A DNA stretch of 33,808 nt. Origin: Patescibacteria group bacterium. GTDB taxonomy: Bacteria > Patescibacteriota > Minisyncoccia > UBA6257 > WO2-44-18. Shown piece after piece: positions 15,454 to 23,035 of this stretch. Numbering within the stretch: the first letter of the stretch is position 1; the number at the start of each line of letters is the position of its first letter. Made by a program: the position numbers and the translations under genes. The stretch covers positions 1-33,808 of the forward strand of contig JBBTRE010000062.1 in assembly GCA_038065375.1 (NCBI GenBank). The letters are read 5' to 3'. The notes under the pieces were generated by a model. That model searched no databases, was not told the origin of the DNA, and worked only from the letters and a program-made list of their open reading frames with translations.

Positions 15454-16419
15454 ATGCAAAAAGTAATTGAGGATTTCCCAAAACAATTTTCTTGGGAGCC
15501 GAAAATAGAAAACGAGGATCAACTGCAAAAGTATTCCAAATTTATTGTTGCCGGCATGGGCGGTTCCAGTTTGGCGGCGGATTTATTGAAAGTTTACGAT
15601 CCGATTTTAGATCTGGTTGTTCATCGAGACTATGGATTGCCGGAGGTTGCTGATGTTGATTTAGATCGGACTTTATTAATCGCCAGCTCCTATTCTGGCA
15701 ACACCGAAGAAACCTTGAGCGCTTTGGATACCGCCATTGAGTTTGGCGTGGCGGTGGTAATAATATCTACCGGCGGGAAATTATTGGCTAAAGCCAAAGA
15801 GCTGGGACTACCTTATGTTCAGCTTCCCGAGACCGGTATTCAGCCGAGGATGGCCACTGGGTTCAGTATCAAGGCGCTATTGGCCGTTTTGGGTATGGAG
15901 GAGGCGGCGCGGGAGATTTCTCTACTCGCTAAATCTTTAGATATGAAGGCGGCCCAAAAAGACGGTGAGCAGTTAGCGAAGAAACTGGTCGGTAAAGTTC
16001 CGGTAATTTACGCCTCCCGGCCGAATTTTCCGATTGCCTACAATTGGAAGATAAAATTCAACGAGACTGGAAAGATCCCCGCTTTCGCCAACTATTTTCC
16101 GGAATTAAACCACAACGAAATGACCGGATTTGATTTCGTTCCGGCTTCCGAAAAAATCTCTCAAAATTTTCATTTCATTTTTTTGTTGGATTCCGAGGAT
16201 CACCCCCGCCATCAGAAACGCATGGAAGTGACGGCTCGGTTGTATGAGAAAAAAGGGTTGGCAGTGGAGCGGTTGATGCTCAAAGGCGGGGGAATGTGGG
16301 AGAAGATTTTCTCTAATACTCTCATCGCCGATTGGGCCGCTTATGGCATTGCCAAAGCCAACAACGCCGATCCCGAAAACGTTCCGATGATTGAAGAGTT
16401 TAAGAAACTGATTTTGTAG
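15454..16419 (+). CDS. bifunctional phosphoglucose/phosphomannose isomerase (SIS domain family)
   Basis: GMGGSSLAADLL and SYSGNTEET SIS motifs. The C-terminus ELNHNEM is typical of PGI/PMI. Confidence 0.85.
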   Translation: MQKVIEDFPKQFSWEPKIENEDQLQKYSKFIVAGMGGSSLAADLLKVYDPILDLVVHRDYGLPEVADVDLDRTLLIASSYSGNTEETLSALDTAIEFGVAVVIISTGGKLLAKAKELGLPYVQLPETGIQPRMATGFSIKALLAVLGMEEAAREISLLAKSLDMKAAQKDGEQLAKKLVGKVPVIYASRPNFPIAYNWKIKFNETGKIPAFANYFPELNHNEMTGFDFVPASEKISQNFHFIFLLDSEDHPRHQKRMEVTARLYEKKGLAVERLMLKGGGMWEKIFSNTLIADWAAYGIAKANNADPENVPMIEEFKKLIL

Positions 16420-16480
16420 GATTTTTGTACGAATTACGAATAAAACACGAATTAGGCGAATAAGGAGGTTCGATTTCTGA

Positions 16481-16512
16481 AAATAAAAAGTCCCAGTTAA
16501 GAAACTGGGACT
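16481..16512 (-). terminator. intrinsic terminator of the Cys-rich gene
   Basis: 10-bp stem AGTCCCAGTT/AACTGGGACT, followed by TTTTATTT on the minus strand. Confidence 0.8.
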
Positions 16513-16520
16513 TCGCTTAA

Positions 16521-16823
16521 TCAACACTGGGAATGAAAATGACAGCCGTCGCTGTGGTCATTCCTGCCTGTGCACGTTTCACCACACCGATCACATTTAT
16601 AGGTATATACTTCAATGCAGCAATTTTGCTGCGAACTGAGCTTCTTACCGTCCCACTGGTAGCTAACGTGGTGGAACAGTTCGCAATATTGCTGTCTTGA
16701 GATTTTTACTTTATTGAAAAATAGATAACCACACCTATCGCATTTTCTTTCTTCTTTATGCAGTAGGCCACAGCTCTGGCATTTGAAAGCAGTCAGTTTG
16801 CCATTCATTGTCTTCTCCGGCAT
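16521..16823 (-). CDS. hypothetical Cys-rich (12 Cys) zinc-ribbon-like protein
   Basis: Start chosen at ATG 16823, 6 nt after AAAGGAGA. Contains CQSC...CDRC and CC...CDRCGETC...C...C. KCDRCG occurs twice. Confidence 0.55.
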   Translation of the reverse strand: MPEKTMNGKLTAFKCQSCGLLHKEERKCDRCGYLFFNKVKISRQQYCELFHHVSYQWDGKKLSSQQNCCIEVYTYKCDRCGETCTGRNDHSDGCHFHSQC

Positions 16824-17003
16824 AACGTCTCCTTTCAATTTCCTGACTAAATACTCGCATGGTTTTATGATGGGAATCAAGGTTTCGTTTTTGGCCAGGC
16901 GGCCCAACAGCGAGAATAGTTCTCATAGCGGCATTGCTCGGAGGCCCTACCTGTCGGTAAGCAGGTCGGATGCAGTTTCAGCAGGTTTTTAGTTTATTAT
17001 TTT

Positions 17004-17047
17004 CTCAACTTCTACTATCGTACGGTCGTACAATAGTAGAAGTTGAG
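17004..17047. other. 15-bp perfect hairpin (terminator-like only on the + strand)
   Basis: CTCAACTTCTACTAT-14 nt-ATAGTAGAAGTTGAG followed by TTTTG. No annotated + strand gene lies upstream. Confidence 0.4.
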
Positions 17048-17160
17048 TTTTGAAACTTTGTGGTTAAATGCGGATCTGATTTCCGGGAATAAAATTAGGC
17101 CTTCGGTTTCCGAGCGCCTTCCTGATACGGGGCGTGGCTCGGTTCGCTTCCCAGCAATTA

Positions 17161-17206
17161 AAGCAAAATTCAAAACGCTACCCCAAAAGGAGTAACGTTT
17201 TGAATT
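17161..17206 (-). terminator. terminator downstream of tRNA-Glu
   Basis: 11-bp stem AATTCAAAACG/CGTTTTGAATT running into TTTTGCTTT on the minus strand. Confidence 0.6.
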
Positions 17207-17207
17207 G

Positions 17208-17279
17208 TGATCTCAATGGGAATCGAACCCATGTTTCCGCCGTGAGAGGGCAGCGTCCTAGCCGCTAGACGATGAGACC
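17208..17279 (-). tRNA. tRNA-Glu (anticodon CUC)
   Basis: Manual cloverleaf: GGTCTCA acceptor (one G-U pair), D-arm TCTAGCGGCTAGGA, anticodon loop CTCTCAC, T-arm GGGTTCGATTCCC. CCA is not encoded. Confidence 0.9.
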
Positions 17280-17298
17280 TTGTGCTAACTTCGAGAAA

Positions 17299-17326
17299 AT
17301 TATAGCATTTTCTTAGCTTATTTCAA
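17299..17326 (-). promoter_or_regulatory. tRNA-Glu promoter
   Basis: Minus strand: TTGAAA-16 nt-TATAAT with a TGc extension. Confidence 0.6.
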
Positions 17327-17346
17327 GTCTGGAAAAGGAGAAGGTG

Positions 17347-17886
17347 ATGACTCGTTTTTTGAGGTGGCTGGAGACTCCTGCCGTTTCCATTCGTGAAGTT
17401 CTTGGTTTATCTCTCAAGGCGCTCTTCCTGTTGGTTTTGTGGGGAACAATTATGTTTTGCGTGGTCTGGTTTTTTGTCCGGCCGCATTGCCCGCCGGGAA
17501 CCGCCTCGCTGGAACAGAATGTTGAGATGTTTCTGAGCAACTTCACCGAAGAATTCTTCTTCCGGACCTTGTGGCTCGCTCTGGCAGTAATGTTTGTTGG
17601 CCGGAGCCGGGTAGTCTGGTTGGCGCTTCTGCTGACTTTTACCGGATCTCTAGTTTGGGGTTATGAACACCGTGTAGCATTTTTAGAGATCACCACCCCA
17701 AACTTGGCGACGACGCTAGCGTTATGCTGGCATGGCGTTTTGGGATTAATTTTCAATACCCTTGCCATCAAATGCGCCACCAAAGAAGACCTTTTGCAGT
17801 TGAAACCGTTGGGAATCTGCACGCTAGTTCACTTCAGCTACAATCTGGCAATCATCCCAATCGCTAAGGTAATTATCAGTTTTTAA
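17347..17886 (+). CDS. CPBP (CAAX/Abi) family intramembrane protease-like protein
   Basis: AAGGAG RBS. Motifs TEEFFFR (EExxxR), WGYEH, HFSYN. Polytopic. Confidence 0.6.
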   Translation: MTRFLRWLETPAVSIREVLGLSLKALFLLVLWGTIMFCVVWFFVRPHCPPGTASLEQNVEMFLSNFTEEFFFRTLWLALAVMFVGRSRVVWLALLLTFTGSLVWGYEHRVAFLEITTPNLATTLALCWHGVLGLIFNTLAIKCATKEDLLQLKPLGICTLVHFSYNLAIIPIAKVIISF

Positions 17887-17905
17887 GCTATTTCGATGCT
17901 GCGTA

Positions 17906-17934
17906 TTGACACGCGGCATTTTTTTTGCTATACT
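17906..17934 (+). promoter_or_regulatory. sigma70-like promoter for tsaC-tgt
   Basis: TTGACA-17 nt-TATACT with a TGc extension. The ATG at 17946 would leave only a ~5-nt leader. Confidence 0.65.
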
Positions 17935-17945
17935 ACCCAAGTTAT

Positions 17946-18509
17946 ATGCTTAAGAACATCACAAAGCATCAAGAAGTGACCCAGATCCTGAACGCGGGTG
18001 GAGTTATCATTTTTCCGACCGAAACCCTCTATGGGTTGGGTTGCGACGCCACTAATCCGCAGGCATTGCTGAAGATTTACCAAATTAAGAACCGGGCGAT
18101 CGGCAAGGCCTTTCCGATTCTGGTTAAGGATTTCAAGATGCTGACTGAATACGCGCATTTCACCCCGGATCAAAAGCGGGCGATGCAAAAAACAAAACAG
18201 CCGACCACTTTCATTTTGAAAGCCAAAAATCTTTCTCCGCTGGCCGCCATGAGACACACGGGAGCTTTCAGGATCGCTAAAAGCTCTTGGATGAAGAAAT
18301 TATTCCAGCATTTTGATAAGCCGATTGTGGCGACCAGCGCCAATGTCGCCGGAAAAGATCCGTTGCGTGATCCGGCGGACTATAAAGAGATGTTTAAGAA
18401 AGCTGCCGAGATGATTGACACGGTAATTCACGCTGGAATCAATAAGAAAACCAAGGGATCTAAGATTGTGGATCTGACCAAAAAGCCATACAAAGTTGTG
18501 CGGGCATAA
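17946..18509 (+). CDS. tsaC: L-threonylcarbamoyladenylate synthase (YrdC/TsaC family)
   Basis: GGVIIFPTETLYGLGCDATN and ATSANVAGK motifs. ATG 17946 is preferred over the TTG at 17925, which lies inside the promoter. Confidence 0.85.
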   Translation: MLKNITKHQEVTQILNAGGVIIFPTETLYGLGCDATNPQALLKIYQIKNRAIGKAFPILVKDFKMLTEYAHFTPDQKRAMQKTKQPTTFILKAKNLSPLAAMRHTGAFRIAKSSWMKKLFQHFDKPIVATSANVAGKDPLRDPADYKEMFKKAAEMIDTVIHAGINKKTKGSKIVDLTKKPYKVVRA

Positions 18510-19690
18510 TGGAGTTTGAAATTCTAAAGAAATCAAAAAAGACCCGGGCTCGCCTGGGTCTTATCAAAACAAAGCACGGCGTGATTCATACGCCGGCTTT
18601 TGTTCCGGTGGCTACCCAAGCGGCCATAAAAGGACTAACCACCGACCAGCTGAAAATGATTGGTTTTGAATCACTGCTCTCCAATACCTATCATTTATAT
18701 CTTCGGCCGGGTGATGGTTTGGTGAAAAAAATGGGTGGTTTACACAAGTTTATGAATTGGGATCGTCCAATTTGGACTGACAGCGGCGGTTTCCAGGTCT
18801 TTAGTTTGGGAGCGGCGATTGAACATGGCGTCGGTAAGATTGCCAATATCTTTCCGTCCGAAGGGGAGCAGGAGCATACGATTACAGGCAAGAAGGAAAC
18901 ATTCACAAAAATTAGTGAGGAAGGGGTGGAGTTTAAATCTCACCTTGATGGTTCTAAACATTTTCTGACTCCGGAGAAATCCATTAAAATTCAGGAAAAT
19001 TTAGGCGCGGATATGATTTTCGCTTTTGATGAATGCACTTCGCCGTTGCACGACAAGGAATATACCAGGAATTCCATGGAGCGCACTCATCGTTGGGCTA
19101 AACGTTGCCTGGCGGCCTTCCGGCCTAATTTAAAAAATAAAAATGAAAAATTAAAAATTGCGGAGCAGGCGCTGTTTGGTATCGTTCAGGGTGGCGCTTA
19201 TAAAGATTTGCGTTTAAAGAGCGCGAAAACTATCGGTAAGATGGGATTTGATGGATTTGGTATCGGAGGTTCTTTGGGAAAATCAAAGGCGGATATGTAT
19301 AAAGTTTTGGATTGGACGATTCCGCTTCTTCCGGAGAAAAAGCCGCGGCATCTTTTGGGTATCGGTTCCGAGGAAGATATTTGGGAAGCGGTGAAAAGGG
19401 GAGTGGACACTTTTGATTGCGTGGCGCCGACTCGTTTGGGACGTAATGGTGGGGCGTTGTTGCCTGGTGGCAAACGGCTTAGTCTGCGTAACGCCGATTG
19501 CAAAGATGATAAATCACCGGTCAACAAAAAATGCGGCTGCCATGTTTGCAGGAATTATTCCCGCGCATATTTAAACCATTTATTCCGGGCTAACGAAATG
19601 CTTGGCCCAATTTTACTGACGATGCACAATTTATCTTTTATGGAGGAATTGTTGCGGAGTGTCCGAGAAAGAATTGCGAAAGAAGCGTAA
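18509..19690 (+). CDS. tgt: tRNA-guanine transglycosylase (queuine tRNA-ribosyltransferase)
   Basis: HTPAFVPVAT, DSGGFQV, GIGG, zinc site CGCHVC...H. 1-nt overlap with the tsaC stop. Confidence 0.9.
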   Translation: MEFEILKKSKKTRARLGLIKTKHGVIHTPAFVPVATQAAIKGLTTDQLKMIGFESLLSNTYHLYLRPGDGLVKKMGGLHKFMNWDRPIWTDSGGFQVFSLGAAIEHGVGKIANIFPSEGEQEHTITGKKETFTKISEEGVEFKSHLDGSKHFLTPEKSIKIQENLGADMIFAFDECTSPLHDKEYTRNSMERTHRWAKRCLAAFRPNLKNKNEKLKIAEQALFGIVQGGAYKDLRLKSAKTIGKMGFDGFGIGGSLGKSKADMYKVLDWTIPLLPEKKPRHLLGIGSEEDIWEAVKRGVDTFDCVAPTRLGRNGGALLPGGKRLSLRNADCKDDKSPVNKKCGCHVCRNYSRAYLNHLFRANEMLGPILLTMHNLSFMEELLRSVRERIAKEA

Positions 19691-19716
19691 AATACCTGCT
19701 TTTTACGAGTTTTTTA
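19686..19716 (+). terminator. weak AU-rich terminator after tgt
   Basis: Stem CGTAAAA/TTTTACG followed by AGTTTTTTATT. Confidence 0.4.
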
Positions 19717-19740
19717 TTCGGTGCCGCGGAGGATGTTTTG

Positions 19741-19749
19741 TGCTAAAAT
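19741..19749 (+). promoter_or_regulatory. extended -10 promoter (leaderless geometry) for the homing endonuclease gene
   Basis: TGcTAAAAT, then 6 nt, then ATG at 19756. Confidence 0.5.
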
Positions 19750-19755
19750 TTATAA

Positions 19756-20433
19756 ATGGCATCCCCTGCGAAGCACAATATAAAAATAAAATGGTCACCA
19801 AATTTTGCATACGCAATTGGACTAATTACTTCGGATGGTTCTCTGCATAAGGACGGTAGGCATATATCGTTTAAGTCGGCCGAATATGAACTTATTGAAA
19901 ATTTTAAAATTTCTACTAACTCAGAAAATAAGGTTGTGTTAACCGCGCGCGGCGGCGAAAAAGTCAAAAGGTATTATCAAGTGCAATTTAGCGACGTCGT
20001 GTTTCATGGGTTCTTGAATTCTATTGGTATAACTCCCAATAAATCGAAAACAATAAAGCATGTGAATGTTCCCGACAAATTCTTCCCGGATTTTTTAAGG
20101 GGATTATTCGATGGAGATGGCACCTTCTATTCCTTCTGGGACAAACGATGGCCCAATAGTTTTGGTTTTCAGTTATCGTTTGCTTCGGCCAGTTTTGATT
20201 TTGTTGCTTGGCTAAAGCAGAAATTAACGGATCTGTATAATGTGAAGGGCTTTATATGTAAGGGCGCTGGCGTGTTCAATTTGCGATATGTGAAAGGAGA
20301 TAGCAAAGAACTTTCTGACGTAATGTATTATCAAGAAAGAGCGTTGTATCTCAAGAGAAAATATGATAAAATCAAGCAGATCATAGGGTTTGATACGAAT
20401 CTAAGGCATAGCAATGCCGCGGTAGCTCAGTAG
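19756..20433 (+). CDS. free-standing double-motif LAGLIDADG homing endonuclease
   Basis: Two LAGLIDADG-type motifs: FAYAIGLITSDGSL and FLRGLFDGDGTF. The last 6 codons and the TAG stop lie inside tRNA-Phe. Confidence 0.85.
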   Translation: MASPAKHNIKIKWSPNFAYAIGLITSDGSLHKDGRHISFKSAEYELIENFKISTNSENKVVLTARGGEKVKRYYQVQFSDVVFHGFLNSIGITPNKSKTIKHVNVPDKFFPDFLRGLFDGDGTFYSFWDKRWPNSFGFQLSFASASFDFVAWLKQKLTDLYNVKGFICKGAGVFNLRYVKGDSKELSDVMYYQERALYLKRKYDKIKQIIGFDTNLRHSNAAVAQ

Positions 20434-20487
20434 TAGAGCAGACGCCTGAAGAGCGTCGTGTCGGGTGTGCGATTCACCCCCGCGGCA
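20416..20487 (+). tRNA. tRNA-Phe (anticodon GAA) with non-canonical D and T loops
   Basis: Manual fold: acceptor GCCGCGG/CCGCGGC, D-stem GCTC/GAGC with the 7-nt loop AGTAGTA (no GG), anticodon loop CTGAAGA, T-arm GGGTG-TGCGATT-CACCC (G where U55 is expected), discriminator A. Confidence 0.8.
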
Positions 20488-20498
20488 CACAATAAAGA

Positions 20499-20527
20499 CT
20501 TCGCTCCCAAAGCGGAGATTTTTATTT
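20499..20527 (+). terminator. intrinsic terminator after tRNA-Phe
   Basis: Stem CTTCGC/GCGGAG (one G-U pair) followed by ATTTTTATTT. Confidence 0.5.
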
Positions 20528-20573
20528 CTAATGAAAGTGTCTTGCTATGTACTTCTGAGGATTGCTTGAGGTT

Positions 20574-20602
20574 TTGCCAGCCAAGTAAAATGAAAGTATA
20601 AT
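20574..20602 (+). promoter_or_regulatory. nrdJ promoter
   Basis: TTGCCA-17 nt-TATAAT. Confidence 0.6.
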
Positions 20603-20640
20603 TGGTAATTAGAACTTTACTAATTTAGAAAAGGGATTGC

Positions 20641-22974
20641 TTGAAGAAGGAAAAAGAGAAGCCGACCAAAGAAATGTTCACCAGTGTTAAAAAACGGGAC
20701 GGCAAAGTTGTCCCATTTGATTCCAACCGCATTACCAGCGCTGTTTTTAAGGCGTTGAGCGCCACTAAAGAGGGAAATGAGAAGGATGCCGAGCGAGTTG
20801 CCGATAGAGTGATGAAAGTTTTGCGGAAAGAGCATTCTGCTAAGGATATTTTGGATATTGAAACCATCCAGAACGTAGTGGAAGAGACTCTAATGATCAT
20901 GGATTACACGAAAACCGCCAAGGCCTACATTATTTACCGTAAAGACCGGGCGCAGGTTCGGGAAAAAACCAGAGAAGTTCCGGAACGGGTGAAAAAATTG
21001 GTGGCGGACAGCAAGAAATATTTCCGTAATCCGCTCGGCGAGTTCATTTTCTATCGCAGCTATTCCCGTTGGATTGAAGAAGAGAATCGCCGGGAAACTT
21101 GGATTGAAGCCATTGATCGTTATATGGCTTTCATGAAAGAAAACCTGAAGAAAAAACTGACTGATAAAGAATACGGTGAAATTCGCGAAGCGGTGCTGAA
21201 TATGCGGGTGATGCCGTCAATGCGTCTCTTGTGGGCTGCCGGATCGGCCGCGCGCGCTTCAAATGTTTGCGGTTACAATTGCTCGTTTATCGCCATTTCC
21301 GAACTTCGGGATTTCGCGGAGATTATGTATCTCTCCATGTGCGGCACCGGTGTTGGTTTTTCCGTGGAATACGAGAATGTGGACAAATTGCCGAGGATTG
21401 AGAAACAGACCGGAGCGCCGAAGGAAAAGATTGTGGTTGAAGACAGCAAGGAAGGTTGGGCGGATGCTTTCGCGGACGCGATGGAGCATTGGTTTGCCGG
21501 CAAGGACACGGAGGTGGATTATTCCAAACTCCGGCCGATGGGCGCGCGTTTGCACACCATGGGCGGACGCAGTTCCGGTCCGGCTCCGCTGAAAGCGTTG
21601 ATGGAATTCGCCCGCGACAAAGTTTTGGCCCGTCAGGGTCGACGCCTGAAGACGATTGATGTTCACGATATTGCCTGCAAAGTAGGGGAAATCGTGGAAA
21701 TGGGCGGTGTCCGGCGTAGCGCTATGCTTTCGCTTTCCAGCTTGGATGACGTGGAAATGCGGACTGCTAAGTGGGGCGAATTCTGGAATCAGGGGCAGGG
21801 TCAGCGTCATATGGCCAATAATTCAGCGGCCTATAATGAACCGCCTCATTCCGGCGCTTTTATGGACGAATGGAAATCCCTGAAAGACAGCAAGAGCGGC
21901 GAGCGCGGAATTTTCAACCGGGCCGGTTTGAAGCTACAGCTTCCGGCCAGGCGCTGGAAAGTTTTTGAAAAGGACGCGGCTACCAGCGGCACTAATCCGT
22001 GCGGCGAGATTATTCTGAAATCCAAGCAATTCTGTAATTTGACCGAAGTGGTCTGCCGTCAGGAGGACACCGAAGAGACTTTGTTGGAAAAAATCCGCCT
22101 CGCGACCATTCTCGGAACCTATCAGTCTACTTTGACTAACTTCCAGTATCTTTCCCGTCAGTGGAAAAAGAATTGTGACGAAGAGCGTTTGCTTGGAGTT
22201 TCTTTGACCGGCCAGTGGGATTGCCCGATAGTTCGCGATCCCGCGGTTTTGCAGAGATTGAGAGAAAAAGCCATCGTTATCAACAACGAATACGCGAAGA
22301 AATTCGGTATTAATCAGTCCACGGCGATTACCTGCGTGAAGCCCTCGGGTACTGTTTCTCAACTGGTTGATTCGGCTTCGGGGTTGCATCCGCGGCATGC
22401 TAAGTACTATATCCGCCGGATCCGCATTTCCGCCACTGATCCGCTTTTTGAGATGTTGAAAGATCAGAAATATCCCTACGCCCAGGATGTTTATCAGACT
22501 CCGGGAGCGGTGGCCAACTATGTGCTGGATTTTGTGGTGAAAGCTCCGGAAGGGGCGATTACCCGTCATGATTTGCATGTGCTTAAGCAGTTGGATCACT
22601 GGAAGATGCTGAAAGAGCACTTCACCGAACATAATCCGTCGGCTACTATCTCCATCGGCAAAAACGAATGGATGAAGGCCGGAAACTGGGTTCATGATAA
22701 CTGGGATATGGTCGGCGGACTGGCTTTCTTGCCTAAGGAGGAAGATGAGCGAGTTTATCCGCAGGCGCCTTATGAGGATATTTTGGATGATGTAGTGAAG
22801 GACGAGAAGACAGGAGAAATTAAGATTGTTAAATCCGCTGAGGAAAAGTATCAGGAATTGCTGAAGAAATTGCCGGCAATGGATTTTGCCGAGATCGTGC
22901 TCTATGAGCAGGATGATGAAACGAAGGGCGCCAAGGAATTGGCTTGTAGTTCCGGAGTTTGCGAAATCCCATAA
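20641..22974 (+). CDS. nrdJ: class II (adenosylcobalamin-dependent) ribonucleotide reductase with an N-terminal ATP-cone
   Basis: ATP-cone VKKRDGKVVPFDSNRI, active-site NPCGEI and FCNLTEV, C-terminal redox tail CSSGVCEIP. The start is either TTG 20641 (AAGGG upstream) or ATG 20674. Confidence 0.9.
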   Translation: MKKEKEKPTKEMFTSVKKRDGKVVPFDSNRITSAVFKALSATKEGNEKDAERVADRVMKVLRKEHSAKDILDIETIQNVVEETLMIMDYTKTAKAYIIYRKDRAQVREKTREVPERVKKLVADSKKYFRNPLGEFIFYRSYSRWIEEENRRETWIEAIDRYMAFMKENLKKKLTDKEYGEIREAVLNMRVMPSMRLLWAAGSAARASNVCGYNCSFIAISELRDFAEIMYLSMCGTGVGFSVEYENVDKLPRIEKQTGAPKEKIVVEDSKEGWADAFADAMEHWFAGKDTEVDYSKLRPMGARLHTMGGRSSGPAPLKALMEFARDKVLARQGRRLKTIDVHDIACKVGEIVEMGGVRRSAMLSLSSLDDVEMRTAKWGEFWNQGQGQRHMANNSAAYNEPPHSGAFMDEWKSLKDSKSGERGIFNRAGLKLQLPARRWKVFEKDAATSGTNPCGEIILKSKQFCNLTEVVCRQEDTEETLLEKIRLATILGTYQSTLTNFQYLSRQWKKNCDEERLLGVSLTGQWDCPIVRDPAVLQRLREKAIVINNEYAKKFGINQSTAITCVKPSGTVSQLVDSASGLHPRHAKYYIRRIRISATDPLFEMLKDQKYPYAQDVYQTPGAVANYVLDFVVKAPEGAITRHDLHVLKQLDHWKMLKEHFTEHNPSATISIGKNEWMKAGNWVHDNWDMVGGLAFLPKEEDERVYPQAPYEDILDDVVKDEKTGEIKIVKSAEEKYQELLKKLPAMDFAEIVLYEQDDETKGAKELACSSGVCEIP

Positions 22975-23000
22975 CCGCCTAGCAATAGGCGGTTTTTTTT
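22974..23000 (+). terminator. intrinsic terminator
   Basis: Stem CCGCCT/AGGCGG followed by T8. Confidence 0.85.
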
Positions 23001-23035
23001 GTCATAATCCTTTCGGCTTATTGAAAGGAAAAAGT

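Noticed and set aside
16824-17207. tmRNA, SRP RNA or 6S RNA in the large gap next to tRNA-Glu
   Set aside because: No tRNA-like 3' end (GGTTCGA-type T-arm plus acceptor), no tag ORF, no SRP domain IV motif (GGAA tetraloop with AGCA-type loops), and no long imperfect 6S-type duplex could be found by eye on either strand. The region remains reported as unassigned in the findings.
20488-20640. Cobalamin riboswitch or NrdR boxes upstream of the B12-dependent RNR
   Set aside because: The leader is at most ~65 nt from the predicted TSS, which is too short for a cobalamin aptamer. No B12-box-like or NrdR-box-like palindrome is visible.
21934-22695. 253-aa antisense ORF inside nrdJ, plus similar antisense ORFs at 21259-21810, 23324-24130, 24152-24586 and 25230-25808
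   Set aside because: The sense strands encode full-length, motif-complete NrdJ, AceB and AceA. The antisense translations are low-complexity and Arg/Ser/Leu-rich, with no starts, RBS or promoter signals. This is typical of shadow ORFs in relatively GC-rich coding sequence.
20641-22974. Intein in nrdJ (RNRs are frequent intein hosts, and a LAGLIDADG gene is nearby)
   Set aside because: At 777 aa the protein is a normal length for a class II RNR with an ATP-cone. It reads collinearly through the active-site motifs, with no Cys/Ser...HN splice-junction block or endonuclease insert.
22886-23035. N-terminal extension of aceB back to 22886
   Set aside because: The extension overlaps the nrdJ 3' end and the T8 terminator. 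Similarity to AceB begins after the ATG at 23036.
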